Below are positions 26,388 to 40,510 of a stretch of 64,000 nt of DNA, in pieces. Within the stretch, counting starts at the first letter, position 1. The number at the start of each line of letters is the position of its first letter. The translations under genes were made by a program, and so were the position numbers. Source of the DNA: Squalus acanthias (Eukaryota); assembly GCA_030390025.1 (NCBI GenBank), contig JASTWF010000364.1:1-64000 (forward strand), written 5' to 3'. A model generated the notes under the pieces. The model saw nothing but the letters and a program-made list of their open reading frames with translations, did no database searches and was not told the origin of the DNA.

Positions 26388-28143
26388 AAGAAAGACAGAC
26401 TTGCATTTCTATAGCGCCTTTCACGACCACCGGACGTCCCAAAGCACTTCACAGCCAATGAAGTACTTTTTGAAGTGTAGTCACTGTTGTAATGTAGGAA
26501 ACGCGGCAGCCAATTTGCGCACAGCAAGCTCCCACGAACAGCAATGTGATAATGGCCAGATCATGTGTTTTAGTGATACTGGTTAAGGGATAAATATTGG
26601 CCAGGACACCGGGGAGAACTCCCCCGGTCTTCTTCGAAATAGACCCATGGAATCTTTTACATCCACCTGAGAGGGCAGACGAAGCCTCGGTTTTAACATC
26701 TCATCCGAAAGATGGCACCTTCGACAGTGCAGCACTCCCTCAGTACTGCCCCTCCGACAGTGCAGCACTCCCTCAGTACTGCCCCTCCGACACTGCAGCG
26801 CTCCCTCAGTACTGCCCCTCCGACAGTGCAGCACTCCCTCAGTACTGCCCCTCCGACAGTGCAGCACTCCCTCAGTACTGCCCCTCCGACAGTGCACCGC
26901 TCCCTCAGTACTGTCCCTCCGACAGTGCAGCGCTCCATCAGTACTGCCCCTCCGACAGTGCAGCGCTCCCTCAGTACTCCCCCTCCGACAGTGCAGCGCT
27001 CCCTCAGTACTGACCCTCCGACAGTGCAGCGCTCCCTCAGTACTGCCCCTTGGACAGTGCGGCGCTCCCTCAGTACTGCCCCTTGGACAGTGCGGCGCTC
27101 CCTCAGTACTGCCCCTCCGACAGTGTGGCGATCCCTCAGTACTGCACCTCTGACAGTGCAGCACTCCCTCAGTACTGCCCCTCCGACAGTGCAGCACTCC
27201 CTCAGTACTGCCCCTCCGACAGTGCAGCACTCCCTCAGTACTGCCCCTCCGACAGTACAGCACTCACTCAGTACTGCACCTCTGACAGTGCAGCACTCCC
27301 TCAGTACTGCACCTCTGATAGTGCAGCGCTCCCTCAGTACTGCCCCTCCGACAGTGCAGCACTCCCTCAGTACTGACCCTCCGACAGTGCAGCGCTCCCT
27401 CAGTACTGACCCTCCGACAGTGCGGCGCTCCCTCAGTACTGCCCCTCCGACAGTGCGGCGCTCCCTCAGTACTGCCCCTCCGACAGTGTAGCGCTCCCTC
27501 AGTACTGCCCCTCCGACAGTGTAGCGCTCCCTCAGTACTGCCCCTCCGACAGTGTAGCGCTCCCTCAGTACTGCCCCTCCGACAGTGTGGCGCTCCCTCA
27601 GTACTGCCCCTCCGACAGTGTAGCGCTCCCTCAGTACTGCCCCTCCGACAGTGTAGCGCTCCCTCAGTACTGCCCCTCTGACAGAGCAGCACTCCCTCAG
27701 TATTGCCCCTCCGACAGTGCAGCACTCCCTCAGTACTGCCCCTCCGACAGTGCGGCGCTCCCTCAGTACTGCCCCTCCGACAGTGCGGCGCTCCCTCAGT
27801 ACTGCCCCTCCGACAGTGCGGCGCTCCCTCAGTACTGCCCCTCCGACAGTGCAGCGCTCCCTCTGTACTGACCCTCCGACAGTGCGGCGCTCCCTCAGTA
27901 CTGACCCTCCGACAGTGCGACGCTCCCTCAGTACTGACCCTCCGACAGTGCAGCGCTACCTCAGTACTGACCCTCCGACAGTGCGGCTCTCCCTCAGTAT
28001 TGCCCCTCCGACAGTGCGGCGCTCCCTCAGTACTGCACTGGGAGTGTCAGGCTGGATTTTTGTGCTCAAGTCTCTGGAGTGGGATATAAAACCCTCAAGC
28101 TGACTCGGAGGTGAGGGTGCTGCCCACTGAGCCAAGGGCTGAC
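26388..28143 (-). mobile_element. full SacSINE1-like SINE with 33-bp minisatellite (~40 units)
   Basis: Complete tail and body 26388-26720, array to ~28035, tRNA-like head to 28143. Confidence 0.92.
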
Positions 28144-28869
28144 TGAAGGTGGAGAGCAGTTCCACAGTTTTTAAGTTGGGAATGAATGAGTTTGAATTGG
28201 ATATGATGGGATGAGAATTGATTTCAACACAGCGAGGATTTAGGGATGATCCAACTTATCAGCCTCATTCCTGATCTTTGATTGTCTTGGAACAGCAGCT
28301 CAAGAACGATCAGATTCCACTCAGATTATCTCCAAATGTAATTATCCTACAAGTCTCGATGTGTCCCGTCTTCTTCACAATTGTAATTACACAGTCATTA
28401 CACAGCGTCAGCAAGAGAGGTCCTCTCTCCAGCCCCCTCCCTCGCCCCACCCCACCGCCCCATACATGGTGCAAAGTTCCAAATCTGACTCAACACCTTC
28501 TCAGGAATGACAACATTACCAACTCTCCTCTTTTCAAATACTTGGTGATGATGCTGGAAGAATTCTTCAGGGCTCTGCCCGCACTGATTTCATAACTCTG
28601 TTCCTTTGCGACATGTTGACAATTGCACTTGAAATAGTGAAGAGGAAACTTATTTACGATCTTTCTACGCATAACGGGAGCCATTCTGTACCTGCGATGA
28701 ACCAAATGAACAGCACAGGACCGGGTTCAACCAAGACCATCATCAGAAGGTCAAGCCATTGAGAATATCGAGTGAAATACTGTTCACTTTTTCGTTAATT
28801 TTTATGCACATCAAGTAAGGGTTGTTAATGCTTTCATATTTCTGGGGCACAACATCAGTAGAGATGGGC

Positions 28870-30540
28870 TACAGAGTAAAGCTCCCTCTACACTGTCCCA
28901 TCAAACGCTCCCAGGGCAGGTACAGCACAGGTTAGATACAGAGTAAAAGCTCCCTCTACACTGTCCCATCAAACACTCCCAGGGCAGGTATAGCACGGGT
29001 TAGATACAGAGTAAAGCTCCCTCTACACTGTCCCATCAAACACTCCCAGGGCAGGTACAGCACGAGTTAGATACGGAGTAAAGCTCCCTCTACACTGTCC
29101 CATCAAACGCTCCCAGGGCAGGTACAGCACGGGTTAGATACAGAGTAAAGCTCCCTCTACACTGTCCCATCAAACTCTCCCAGGGCAGGTACAGCACAGG
29201 TTAGATACAGAGTAAAGCTCCCTCTACACTATCCCATCAAACACTCCCAGGGCAGGTACAGCACGAGTTAGATACGGAGTAAAGCTCCCTCTACACTGTC
29301 CCATCAAACGCTCCCAGGGCAGGTACAGCACGGGTTAGATACAGAGTAAAGCTCCCTCTACACTGTCCCATCAAACACTCCCAGGGCAGGTATAGCACGG
29401 GTTAGATACAGAGTAAAGCTCCCTCTACACTGTCCCATCAAAGACACCCAGGGCAGGTACAGCACAGGTTAGATACAGAGTAAAGCTCCCTCTACACTGT
29501 CTCATCAAACACTCCCACGGCAGGTACAGCACGGGTTAGATACGGAGTAAAGCTCCCTCTACACTGTCACATCAAACACTCCCAGGGCAGGTACAGCACG
29601 GGTTAGATACAGAGTAAAGCTGCCTCTACACTGTCCCATCAAACACTCCCAGGGCAGGTACAGCACGGGTTAGATACAGAGGAAAGCTCCCTCTACACTG
29701 TCCCATCAAACACTCCCAGGGCAGGTACAACATAGGTTAGATACAGAGTAAAGCTCCCTCTACACTGTCTCATCAAACACTCCCAAGGCAGGTACAGCAC
29801 GAGTTAGATACAGAGTAAAGCTCCCTCTACACTGTCCCATCAAACACTCCCAGGGCAGGTACAGCACGGGTTAGATACAGAGTAAAGCTGCCTCTACACT
29901 GTCCCATCAAACACTCCCAGGGCAGGTACAGCACGGGTTAGATACAGAGTAAAGCTCCCTCTACACTGTCCCATCAAACACTCCCAGGGCAGGTACAGCA
30001 CGGGGTTAGATACAGAGTAAAGGTCCCTCTACACTGTCCCCATCAAACACTCCCAGGGCAGCTACAGCACGGGTTAGATACAGAGTAAAGCTCCCCCTAC
30101 ACTGTCCCATCAAACACTCCCAGGGCAGGTACAGCACGGGGTAGATACAGAGTAAAGCTCCCTCCACACTGTCCCATCAAACACTCCCAGGGCAGGTACA
30201 GAATGGGTTAGATACAGAGTAAAGCTCCCTCTACACTGTCCCATCAAACACTCCCAGGGCAGGTACAGCACGGGTTAGATACAGAGTAAAGCTCCCTCTA
30301 CACTGTCCCATCAAACACTCCCAGGGCAGGTACAGCACAGGTTAGATACAGAGTAAAGCTCCCTCTACACTGTCCCATCAAACACTCCCAGGGCAGGTAC
30401 AGCACGGGTTAGATACAGAGTAAAGCTCCCTCTACACTGTCCCATCAAACACTCCCAGGGCAGGTACAGCACAGGGTTAGATACAGAGTAAAGCTCCCTC
30501 TACACTGTCCCATCAAACACTCCCAGGGCAGGTACAGCAT
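28870..30540 (-). repeat. 67-bp minisatellite array (~25 units)
   Basis: Same unit as 1289-3030, inverted. Confidence 0.96.
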
Positions 30541-30830
30541 AGGAGGTTAAGAGATTTAATAGAGGTGTTCATAAATTATGAGGGGTTTTGATAGAGTAAA
30601 TAAGGAGAAACTGTTTCCAGTGGCAGGAGGGTCGGGAACCAAAGGACACAGATTTAAGATAATTGACAAAAGAGCCAGTGGGGAGATGAGGAAACATTTT
30701 TACTCAGCGAGTTGTTGTGATCTGGAATGCGCTGCCTGAAAGGGCGGTGGAAGCAGATTCAATAGTAACTTTCAAAAGGGAATTGGATAAATACTTGAAA
30801 AGAAAAAAATTGCAGGGCTTTGGGGAAGTG
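30541..30830 (+). mobile_element. CR1 3' fragment
   Basis: Closely similar to 10730-11000. Confidence 0.8.
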
Positions 30831-31258
30831 AGTGACAGCGAGTGGTGAAACTTCGCTCCATTTATGAATACAGTCTACATACTGGTCCTCTCGCCCTGTC
30901 AATACCTTAATTCGTAGTTTATATCAGTGTGATTGTGGCCACCTCATAAATATATCGTTTAATATCAGCCAGGTTCCCTCTGGAGAAATAAATTAAAATA
31001 AATGAAGCTTATAAATAAGTAAATAGAAAATCAGCAGTTCTTTCTTAAAATTTATTGATAGAAAAATGCTGCATCTTCAAAGGTCGTGAGTTAACCACTC
31101 GCTGGACTCAGAGCTGTGCTAAGAGCATTGGAGATGGTTTCAGGAATTCTGTTACTGCAGTGCGTTAGGCATTGAACTTTCACCTTTGGGATCCAAGCCT
31201 GCCCGGAGTTATAGGACAGGAAGTCTCCCCGCGCTTTCTGTCAAGGATTTGGCAGTCT

Positions 31259-31291
<33 letters not shown>

Positions 31292-31384
31292 ATGGTCCAA
31301 GAGTACAAAATGTCGTTATTACAGCACCAATGGCAATCTCACTCAGAGAGGGCATAGGATGGCTGCGGGATCAGGTACATTGTT

Positions 31385-31782
31385 GGGACAGTGTAGAGGG
31401 AGCTTTACTCTGTATCTAACCCGTGCTGTACCTGCCCTGGGAGTGTTTGATGGGACAGTGTAGAGGGAGCTTTACTCTGTATCTAACCCGTGCTGTACCT
31501 GCCCTGGGAGTGTTTGATGGAACATTGTCGAGGGAGCTTTACTCTGTATCTAACCCGTGCTGTACCTGCCCTGGGAGTGTTTGATGGGACATTGTAGAGG
31601 GAGCTTTACTCTGTATCTAACCCGTGCTGTACCTGCCCTGGGAGTGTTTGATGGGACAGTGTAGAGGGAGCTTTACTCTGTATCTAACCTGTGCTGTACC
31701 TGCCCTGGGAGTGTTTGATGGGGACAGTGTAGAGGGAGCTTTACTCTGTATCTAACCCGTGCTGTACCAGCCCTGGGAGTAT
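31385..31782 (+). repeat. 67-bp minisatellite array (~6 units)
   Basis: Same unit as 1289-3030. Confidence 0.95.
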
Positions 31783-33159
31783 GTAGATGGCGTGTTCACA
31801 ATGGACCCTTTACCAGGTATCCACATGCATGCACTTTGCAGCATGGGTAGCAATCTGGAGCGGGAACGTTGTTGATTTTCCCATCAATATCCTCTTGCGT
31901 GCAGAGGCCCTCTGTCCCGTCTGCCCTAGTTGTGGTCAGGTAACTGAAGGAGAGCAGAGCAACAATACTGGAACCCCATTTGAACCCTAGAAATATCGCT
32001 TTTATTTTGCAACAACCTCAAATCTCACTGTGATGTCTCATCTTAACTCTTGTCAGCTCTTGAAAAAAAAAGATTAAAAAATAACAACATTAGATTAAAT
32101 TAAGCAGCCACGCTTGGAACTTAAGCACAAAATTACACGTGTAATAGCAACAGTCAGGCAGCGGAGTCAAAATAAAAATTGGCAGCAGGAAAATTAAAGG
32201 TGTGAGCTGCCAAGTCAGTGTTGCTTCCGATGGCGGTAATCTCATTCACCTGATTGCACAACCTGAAACAATATCTCCCAATAAAATATTTACAATCAGC
32301 TTTTGATGTGCTCAGCCCTTTCCCAAGGATTGATCAGAGGCACGTCGCATCCGTCAGTGGAATTAAAAGCGACGCGATTTTCATGAAAAGAGGTTTAGAA
32401 AAACGTGCATCAGGACTTTTAGGTCGAATGCACGTTCTCATCTTCTCAACGCCTGGAAGCCAGGCTCTCTCATTCATGACTCCAGGCTCTCTTCTCCATT
32501 TAGCTTTTCTCCCCTCTCTGGTTTATCGATAATACTCTGGTCACCGCTCCTCTCTTGTTCTACCTCAGCTCCACGAACCCCCATCCTACACATTCTTTCT
32601 TGACATCAGAACAATGGCCATTCTGAGTCAGCTTCTCAGGAGTCTCTATCAATCTTCCGCCAGAGTTACACCAGTAGATCGGGAGCATCCTGTGGAAAAT
32701 CCAGCCACGTGTCTTATTACTCCCCCCCACCCACCACCACAACAGATAAACATACAGCACAGAAGGAGGCCATTCATGTCTATGGCAGCTCTTTGAAAGA
32801 GCTGTCCCATTAGTCCCTCTCCCCCTGCTCTTTGAATGCTCTCAAATCATGAGAGTAGGACAAAGCGCCAAAGGTGCAAACTAGTTTACGGGTAAATTTA
32901 CGACTGATATCAGGACGTTCTTCTTCACACACAGAGAGTGATCAGAACTTGGAACACACTCTGGGTAAAGGAGTGGAGGTGAAAAATTGGAATTATTTAA
33001 GAAACAATTGGATGCGACAATGGGGAAACATAAGGAGCATTCTGGATGAATGAACTAATGGTCCGAATGACCTTGTGAATTATCTTGTGAACTTCTGCCT
33101 CCACATGCTCCTCCAACCAAGATAGAGTCTTCCATAATGGTGCCACGGTCCATCAGAGG

Positions 33160-33354
33160 GCGGTGTCCTGGCCAATATTTATCCTTCAACTGACACCACT
33201 AAAAATCAGATCATCTGTTCATTTATCTCATTGCTATTTGTGGGAGCTTGCTGTGCGCAAATTGGCTGCTGCGTTTCCCACATTACAACAGTGACTACAC
33301 TTCAAAGGTGCTTCATTGGCTTAAAACACTTTGGGACATCCTGATGTCATGAAA
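33160..33354 (+). mobile_element. SINE 3' half fragment
   Basis: ggtgtcctggccaatattt...gctgtgcgcaaattggctg matches the SINE body. Confidence 0.75.
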
Positions 33355-33962
33355 ATAAAAACATAAGAAATAGGAGCAGGAGTCGGCCATACGGCCCCTC
33401 GAGCCTGCTCCGCCATTCAATAAGATGATGGCTGATCTTCGACCTCATCTCCACTTTCCCGCCCGATCTCCATATCCCTTGATTCCCTTAGTTCCCAAAA
33501 ATCTATCGATCTCTGTCTTGAATACACTCAACGACTGAGCCTTCACAGCTCTCTGGGGTAGAGAATTCCAAAGCTTCACCACCCTCTGAATGAAGAAATT
33601 TCTCCTCATCTCAGTCCTAAATGGCCGACCCCTTATTCTGAGGCTGTGACCCCTGGTTCTAGACTCTCCAGCCAGGGGGAAACATCCTCCCTGCATCTAC
33701 CCTGTCAAGCCCTGTAAGAATTTTGTATGTTTCAATGAGATCACCTCTCATTCTTCTAAACTCTGGAGAATATAGGCCTCGTCTACTCAATCTCTCCTCA
33801 TAGGACAATCCCCCCATCCCAGGAACCAGTCAGGTGAACCTTCAGTGCACTCCCTCTATGGCAAGTATATCCTTCCTTAGGTAAGGAGACCAAAACTGTA
33901 CACAATACTCCAGGTGTGGTCTCACCAGGGCCCTGTACAACTGTAGTAAGATGCCTTTACTC
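33355..33962 (-). mobile_element. CR1 3' fragment
   Basis: Minus-strand ORFs contain LYRALVRPHLEYC and MRRNFFIQRVVKLWNSLP; CR1 tail at ~33360. Confidence 0.88.
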
Positions 33963-34435
33963 TTACACAAATGCAAGTTCTTTCTTTCTCTTTGGTGACT
34001 CTGGACATACTTCAAGATTGGGCCAGGTGACCTTGAGGGTAGGGAGTCTGAGTGTGAGGTAGCCCAGCAGTCTAAAGGAAGTCTCCACGTAGAGTAACAG
34101 GCAGAGTGTAAAAGTGATATGATTACTCCTTGCATGTGTCAATGAGCCAAATGTGAAACGCGTCAACAAAAAAAACGGTTTACATTTACAAACAAGAAAC
34201 GTCAGTGTTGTCTTCGGAGCGAATTGCTGAAATAATCCCACAATGACAGATGACTTCAGGTGCACATTCAGACAGACTGGAGGCTGACAGATATTGTGTG
34301 CCTCGTTAATCACTAACAGTGTAATCAGTAACAGAATCAGGAATCAGGCCTGCAGTCTGTTCAAATAAACACACAGTGCTTCACACACTTAACCCATTCA
34401 TCAGATACAGTGGCCCAGGCTGCAACCACAGAACA

Positions 34436-34762
34436 GAGGGAGGGAGGGAGGAAGGAAGGAAGGAAGGAAGGGAAGGGAAGGGAGGAAGGAAGGAAGGAAA
34501 GAAGGAAGGAAGGAAGGAAGGGAAGGACAGGAAAGAAGGAAGGAAAGAAGGAAGGAAGGAAGGAAGGAAGGAAGGAAAGGAAAGAAGGAAGGAAGGAAGG
34601 AAGGAAAGATGGAAGGAAGGGAAGAAGGAAGGGAAGAAAGGAAGGAGGGAAGGAAGGAAAGAAGGGAAGAATGAAGGAAGGAAGGAAGGAAGGAAGGAAG
34701 GAAGGAAGGAAGGAAGGTAGGAAGGAAGGAAGGAAGGGAAGAAAGGAAGGAGGGAAGGAAGA
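34436..34762. repeat. (GGAA)n microsatellite continuous with a minus-strand SINE tail (34760-34860)
   Basis: Direct inspection. Confidence 0.9.
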
Positions 34763-35100
34763 AAGACTCACATTTCTATCGCACCTTTCACAACCTCAGG
34801 ATGTCCCAAAGCGCTTTACAGCCAATGAAGTACTTTTGAAGTGTAGTCACTGTTGTAATGGATACACAGGAATACAGGGAGGACAGATGGCATGAAAAAG
34901 TCCAGAGTCACATACACCAAGAATGACTACACAGCCTACAACAGGACTGTCTGACTATCGCTTGTTTTTATCGCAGGATAGAGGGAGTGAGATAGGAAGA
35001 AAGAAACAGAGAATAAAAGAATGAAAAGGAAGGAAGGGATGGTGAGGCAAGAGGGGGATCGAATGTAAGAATGTAAGACAGCACGAAGCAAGAAAAAGGC

Positions 35101-36177
35101 CATTCCTCCCACAGCCCATGCACTCTCTACCCTATCATAGTCCCTACCCGGCCCATTCAATCACCTCCCACAGCCCATGCACTCTCGACCCTATCATAGT
35201 CCCTACCCTACCCATTCAATCTCCTCCCACATCCCATGCACTCGCTACCCTATCATAGTCCCTACCCGACCCATTCAATCTCCTCCCACAGCCCATGCAC
35301 TCTCTACCCTATCATAGTCCCTACCCGACCCATTCAATCTCCTCCCACAGCCCATGCACTCGCTACCCTATCATAGTCCCTACCCGACCCATTCAATCTC
35401 CTCCCACAGCCCATGCACTCTCTACCCTATCATAGTCCCTACCCGACCCATTCAATCTCCTCCCACAGCCCATGCACTCTCTACCCTATCATAGTCCCTA
35501 CCCTACCCATTCAATCTCCTCCCACAGCCCATGCACTCTCTACCCTATCATAGTCCCTACCCTACCCATTCAATCTCCTCCCACAGCCCATGCACTCGCT
35601 ACCCTATCATAGTCCCTACCCTACCCATTCAATCTCCTCCCACAGCCCATGCACTCTCTACCCTATCATAGTCCCTACCCTACCCATTCAATCTCCTCCC
35701 ACAGCCCATGCACTCTCTACCCTATCATAGTCCCTACCCTACCCATTCAATCTCCTCCCACAGCCCATGCACTCTCTACCCTATCATAGTCCCTACTCTA
35801 CCCATTCAATCTCCTCCCACAGCACATGCACTCTCTACCCTATCATAGTCCCTACCCTATCCATTCAATCTCCTCCCACAGCCCATGCACTCTCTACCCT
35901 ATCATAGTCCCTACCCTACCCATTCAATCTCCTCCCACAGCCCATGCACTCTCTACCCTATCATAGTCCCTACCCGACCCATTCAATCTCCTCCTACAGC
36001 CCATGCACTCTCTACCCTATCATAGTCCCTACCCGACCCATTCAATCTCCTCCTACAGCCCATGCACTCTCTAGCCTATCATAGTCCCTACCCTACCCAT
36101 TCAATCTCCTCCCACAGCACATGCACTCTCTACCCTATCATAGTCCCTACCCTACCCATTCAATCTCCTCCACAGCT
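35101..36177. repeat. 59-bp minisatellite, ~18 units
   Basis: Unit cccattcaatctcctcccacagcccatgcactctctaccctatcatagtccctacccta; period 59 (35152, 35211). Confidence 0.96.
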
Positions 36178-36449
36178 CATGTATGCTGCTGCACCATGGC
36201 TGCAGTGTGTAGAAGCTACAGGATGCCCTGCAGCAACTCACCAAGGTTATTTCAACAGTGCTTCCCTCCCCTGAGACCTCCAACACCAGCAATAACAAGA
36301 GTAGCAATGTTGTGGAACATCAGCACCTCCAAGTTCCCCTCCAAGTCAGACACTATCCTGACTTGAACATAATTTGTTGTTCATTATCATTGGGTCAATA
36401 GCCTGAAATTCCCTGCTGGCGCCAGTGTGGGACTGGTCCCTTACACTGG

Positions 36450-37990
36450 AAGGAGGCTTATGTAGATCCAATTTTTAAAAAGGTGGGGTAAGGCAGGGGC
36501 GGGTAACTATCGGCGCATTAGCTTGACGTCAGTAATAAGTAAGACACTCGAAGGTATCATTAGGGATGCCCTATAATGACCACTTAGATAGAGAAGGTCT
36601 TATCAGGGGTCCCCAACACGGCTTCTGAAAAAGAATATTGGGTCTTACCAATTTGATTGAACTTTTTGAAGAAGTCACCAGGTTAGTGGTTGAGGGTAAC
36701 CCGTTAACCATTGTCTACCTGGACTTTCAGAAATCCATTGATTAATGTACCTCACAAGAGGCTTCTCTATAAGAGTGAATCTTCAGGAATTGCTGGTAAT
36801 CTGCTGCAGTAGATGAAGAATTGGGTGGATGCCCGCAGGCAGAAAGTGGTTGTCGATGGATTTGGATCTGCGTGGAGACCGGTCTCCAGTGATGTCCCAC
36901 AGAGATTTGTGTTGGACCTTTGGTCTTTACTATTTCTTTAATGACCTAGATGTAGGTGTTGGGGGAATGATACCAAGATATGTGTGAGGGTTAGGACTGT
37001 AGAGGATGCTCAACTACTACAAGCAGATCTCGATGAGTTGGTGGAATGGGCCAGTGTTTGGCAAATGACGTTTAGCTTAGAAAAGTGTAGAGTATGGACG
37101 TGGGCAGATCTAATGCTAAATATGCATACACCCTACAGGGAACAGTATTATAACCAGTAGTGAATGATAGATACCTGGGTATTATAGTGCAGCATTCTCT
37201 AAAGGTTCACGTACAATGCCGTGAGGCTATAGCTAAAGCAAAACAAGGTTCTAGGTTTATTCCCAGGACAAGTCCTTGTACAAGATCTTGGTTAGACCTC
37301 CATTAGAATACTGTGTCAAGTTTTTGTCTCCTCACATGGTGGGTGATATTGAGGCTTTGGAAAGGGTGCAGAGGAGGGGCCACGAGACTAATTCCCAGTC
37401 TAAAGCATCTTAGTTATCAAGATAGGCTCAAAGAGCTAGGATTCAATACACTTCAGGGAAGCGGAGACTTAGGGGTGATTTGATCGAGGTTTATAAAGTA
37501 ATGAAGGGTCTAGACTATGTTTGTGTGGACCTGAGTATCGGAATAGGTTGGGGAGGACCAGGGGTCATAATCTTGTTATGTAAGGCCAGATCGAGGTTAG
37601 ATGTCAGGAGGAGGTTCTTTTCCCAGAGAACAGAAGACCTCTGGGACAGGCTGCCATCTCGTGCGGTGGACGCCGATTCGCTGAATTCCTCCAAGTGAGA
37701 GCTGGGCCTGTTTCTGGCCGGGGCGGAGATTATCCCGTACAAGTGGGAGGAACCTGGTAACGTCAATCAGGGCCGGAGTGATCATCTGGACTAGTTTCCA
37801 TCACCTGAAGGGGTCGGACATTAATTGTACAGATTTTTCCCCTCTAACTGGACTGGGTTTTTATCTGTTTTTCGTCTCTCCCAGTCGATCACATGGCTCC
37901 GGGTGGGTGGGGAGTGTTTGCATTGTGATGCACGAGGCATCACAACTATATGGGACGGGCTGGATGGGCCAATAGGTCTTTTTTTGTCCA
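36450..37990 (+). mobile_element. old, decayed CR1 ORF2 (RT to 3' end), nested in another LINE fragment (36180-36430 / 38010-38130)
   Basis: Remnants aactatcggcgcattagcttgacg (NYRxISLT), tacctggactttcagaaa (YLDFQK) and RRRFFSQRTEDLWDRLP; many stops. Confidence 0.8.
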
Positions 37991-38444
37991 TCATTTTCAT
38001 ACGCTTGTGTCACCACAAGGACTGCAGCGGTTCAAGAAGAAGGCCCACCATCATCTTCTCAGAGCAACTAAGGATGAGCAATAAATGTCGGCCTCGTCAG
38101 TGACGCCCGCATCCCGAGAATGAATAAATAAAGTTTTATCAGTATGCTTCACCTCAAAGTTTCCTTTCCTTTCCCAAAGAAGACAAATCTAACTTTGTTA
38201 ACCTTTCCTCAGAAATGACGTGTCTGCTGTTCAGAATCATATTTGTTGCTCCTTTCTGTACCCTCTCAGGATCTGTAATATCGTTCCCAGTGCTCGGGAC
38301 GGCATGTAGTACTGGATAAAGGGGATCCGACCAAAACCTTATACAGCAACAATACAACACATCTTTATTTGTCCACTATCCCTTTGCAAGGCCTGATGAG
38401 CAAAGCCAAGAGCTCTAGCCTCTGAGCCTCTGAATACTGGAACA

Positions 38445-38730
38445 TAGTAAGGAATGTCAGAACAGGAGGAGGCCATTCAGCCCCTCGAGCCTGTTCCGCC
38501 ATTCAATGGCTGATCTGTACCTCAACTCCATTTAACCGCCTTGGTTCCACAACCCTTAATACCTTTGCCCAACAAAAATCCATCAATCTCAGTTTTGAAA
38601 GCTCCAATTGACCCCCAGCCTCAACAGCTTTTTGTGGGAGAGAGTTCCCGATTTCCACGGCCCTTTGTGTGAAGAAGTGCTTCCTGACATCACCCCTGAA
38701 CGGCCTGGCTCTAATTTGAAGGTTATGGGC
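38445..38730 (-). mobile_element. CR1 3' fragment
   Basis: Translates to HFFTQRAVEIGNSLPQKAVEA; CR1 tail present. Confidence 0.8.
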
Positions 38731-38999
38731 TGACATCCAGTGGAGGTATTCCCGTCCAGTGTTCCCCTCCCCCAAACCCCACCAGCCCCCATCCCACCCC
38801 CTTGGTATTTAGCCGGTTCTCGTGGTAGGGACTTGTCTCCCACCAATAACCTGCCCGATTAAAAAGGAATTTTTTTACGGAAACAACGCAGAGCTTGATC
38901 GACTGGATGTAAAAGTATTGGAGGAAATGGGCGTCTCAGGTTCCACCATGTGTGGAGGAGGAGAGAGCCCATTGCAACATCATCCCTTACACAAAGGAC

Positions 39000-39290
39000 C
39001 ATCCAAAACTAGGGGCCGTCCATATAAAACAGTCACTAATAAATCCAGCCGGGAATTCAGGAGAAACTCCTTTACCCAGAGAGTGGTGAGAATGTGGAAC
39101 TCGCTCCCACAGGGAGTGGTTGAGGCGAATAGTATCGATGCATTTAAGGGGAAGCTGGATAAACACATGAGGGAGAAAGGAATAGAAGGATATGCTGATA
39201 GGGTGAGATGATGAGGGGTGGGAGGATAAACACCGGCACGGACCTGTTGGGCTGAATGGCCTGTTTCTGTGCTGTACAGTCGATGCAAGT
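39000..39290 (+). mobile_element. CR1 3' fragment
   Basis: Translates to FTQRVVRMWNSLPQGVVEANSIDAFKGKLD. Confidence 0.82.
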
Positions 39291-40062
39291 TTGGTCAGTC
39301 TCTCAATGTGAGCCTCCTCCGGGAGGTGGAGATGTGAACTCTTGAGCAGGAGTGGCTGAATAACGATCAGGTGGGAACCATAGAGCTTCTGATCTCTTTC
39401 CTATCACAGAGGCACTGAGGCCAGTTGCAGCTGTCCAATGACAGTCCGCGGTTGAGAATAAACAGACTCAGCACGGATCAGGGATTCAACCGATTCGTTG
39501 AACCCTGGACTGTGCTCTCACCACCTGAGCAAGCAAGGGAGCTGGAAATCCTTTATATTCTTTTGCAATCATGCAACATTTTCTGTACCTCCTCCCTTAA
39601 CTATTTTGAACTGTCTGTAAAAGGGAGATGAATTATTAATATCTGCTGATCTGCAGCATGAGCAGGAGATATTGCACTCCAATATGTGGCAATGTTCACA
39701 CGATTTCCAATGCTGGAAAGAGCAACCTCAATTAGCATCAAGAGGACTTTCTATACACAGTAATCAAAGCTCTTTGCTTCCTCAGTGACAGCACAAGAAT
39801 GTGTCACATCGATGTCTTAACCCTGTCGGTGCTGCAGCGATCCACACATTCATATAGAATCTAATTTCAGAAACTCTGTCTTTCCAAATCTTCTCCCAGC
39901 TCCTCAATCTCTGAGTCTCCCTGATAAATATTGTAAGCGGGCGCCCTTGGTGCTGGGAGTGAAACCCCTGACCGTCGCGCTCCCCTCTGCATTTCACAGC
40001 TGCTGCCCACCGGTGCAATCTGCCCAACACTCCGAACAAATATAGGAACAGAAGGAGGCCGT

Positions 40063-40510
40063 GTCGGCTGTGGCTCAGTGGGCAGCACTCTCGCCTCGGA
40101 GTCAGAAGGTCGTGGGTTCAAATCCCCACTCCGAGACTTGAGCACAAAAAGCTAGGTTGACCCTCCCTCGGTGCTGCACTGTCGAAGGTGCCGTCTTTCG
40201 GATGAGAAGTTAAACTGAGGCCCCGTCTGCTCTCTCAGGTGGATGTAAAAGATCCCATGGCCACTATTTGAAGAGGAGTTCTCCCCAGTGTCCTGGGCCA
40301 ATATTTAGCCTTCAATCAACATCAATAAAACAGATTATCTGGTCATTATCACAGTGCCATTTGTGGGATCTTGCTGTGCGTATATTGGCTGCCGCGTTTC
40401 CAACATTATAACAGTGACTACACTTCCAAAGTACTTCACTGGCTGTAAAGCGCTTTGGGACATCCTGAGGGTGTGAAAGGCGCTATACAAATGCAAGTCT
40501 TCTTTATTTC
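40063..40510 (+). mobile_element. full-length SacSINE1/DeuSINE-like SINE without repeat expansion
   Basis: A box tggctcagtgg, B box ggttcaaatcc, a single gtgctgcactgtcgaagg unit, body, and tail aaatgcaagtcttcttt. Confidence 0.88.
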
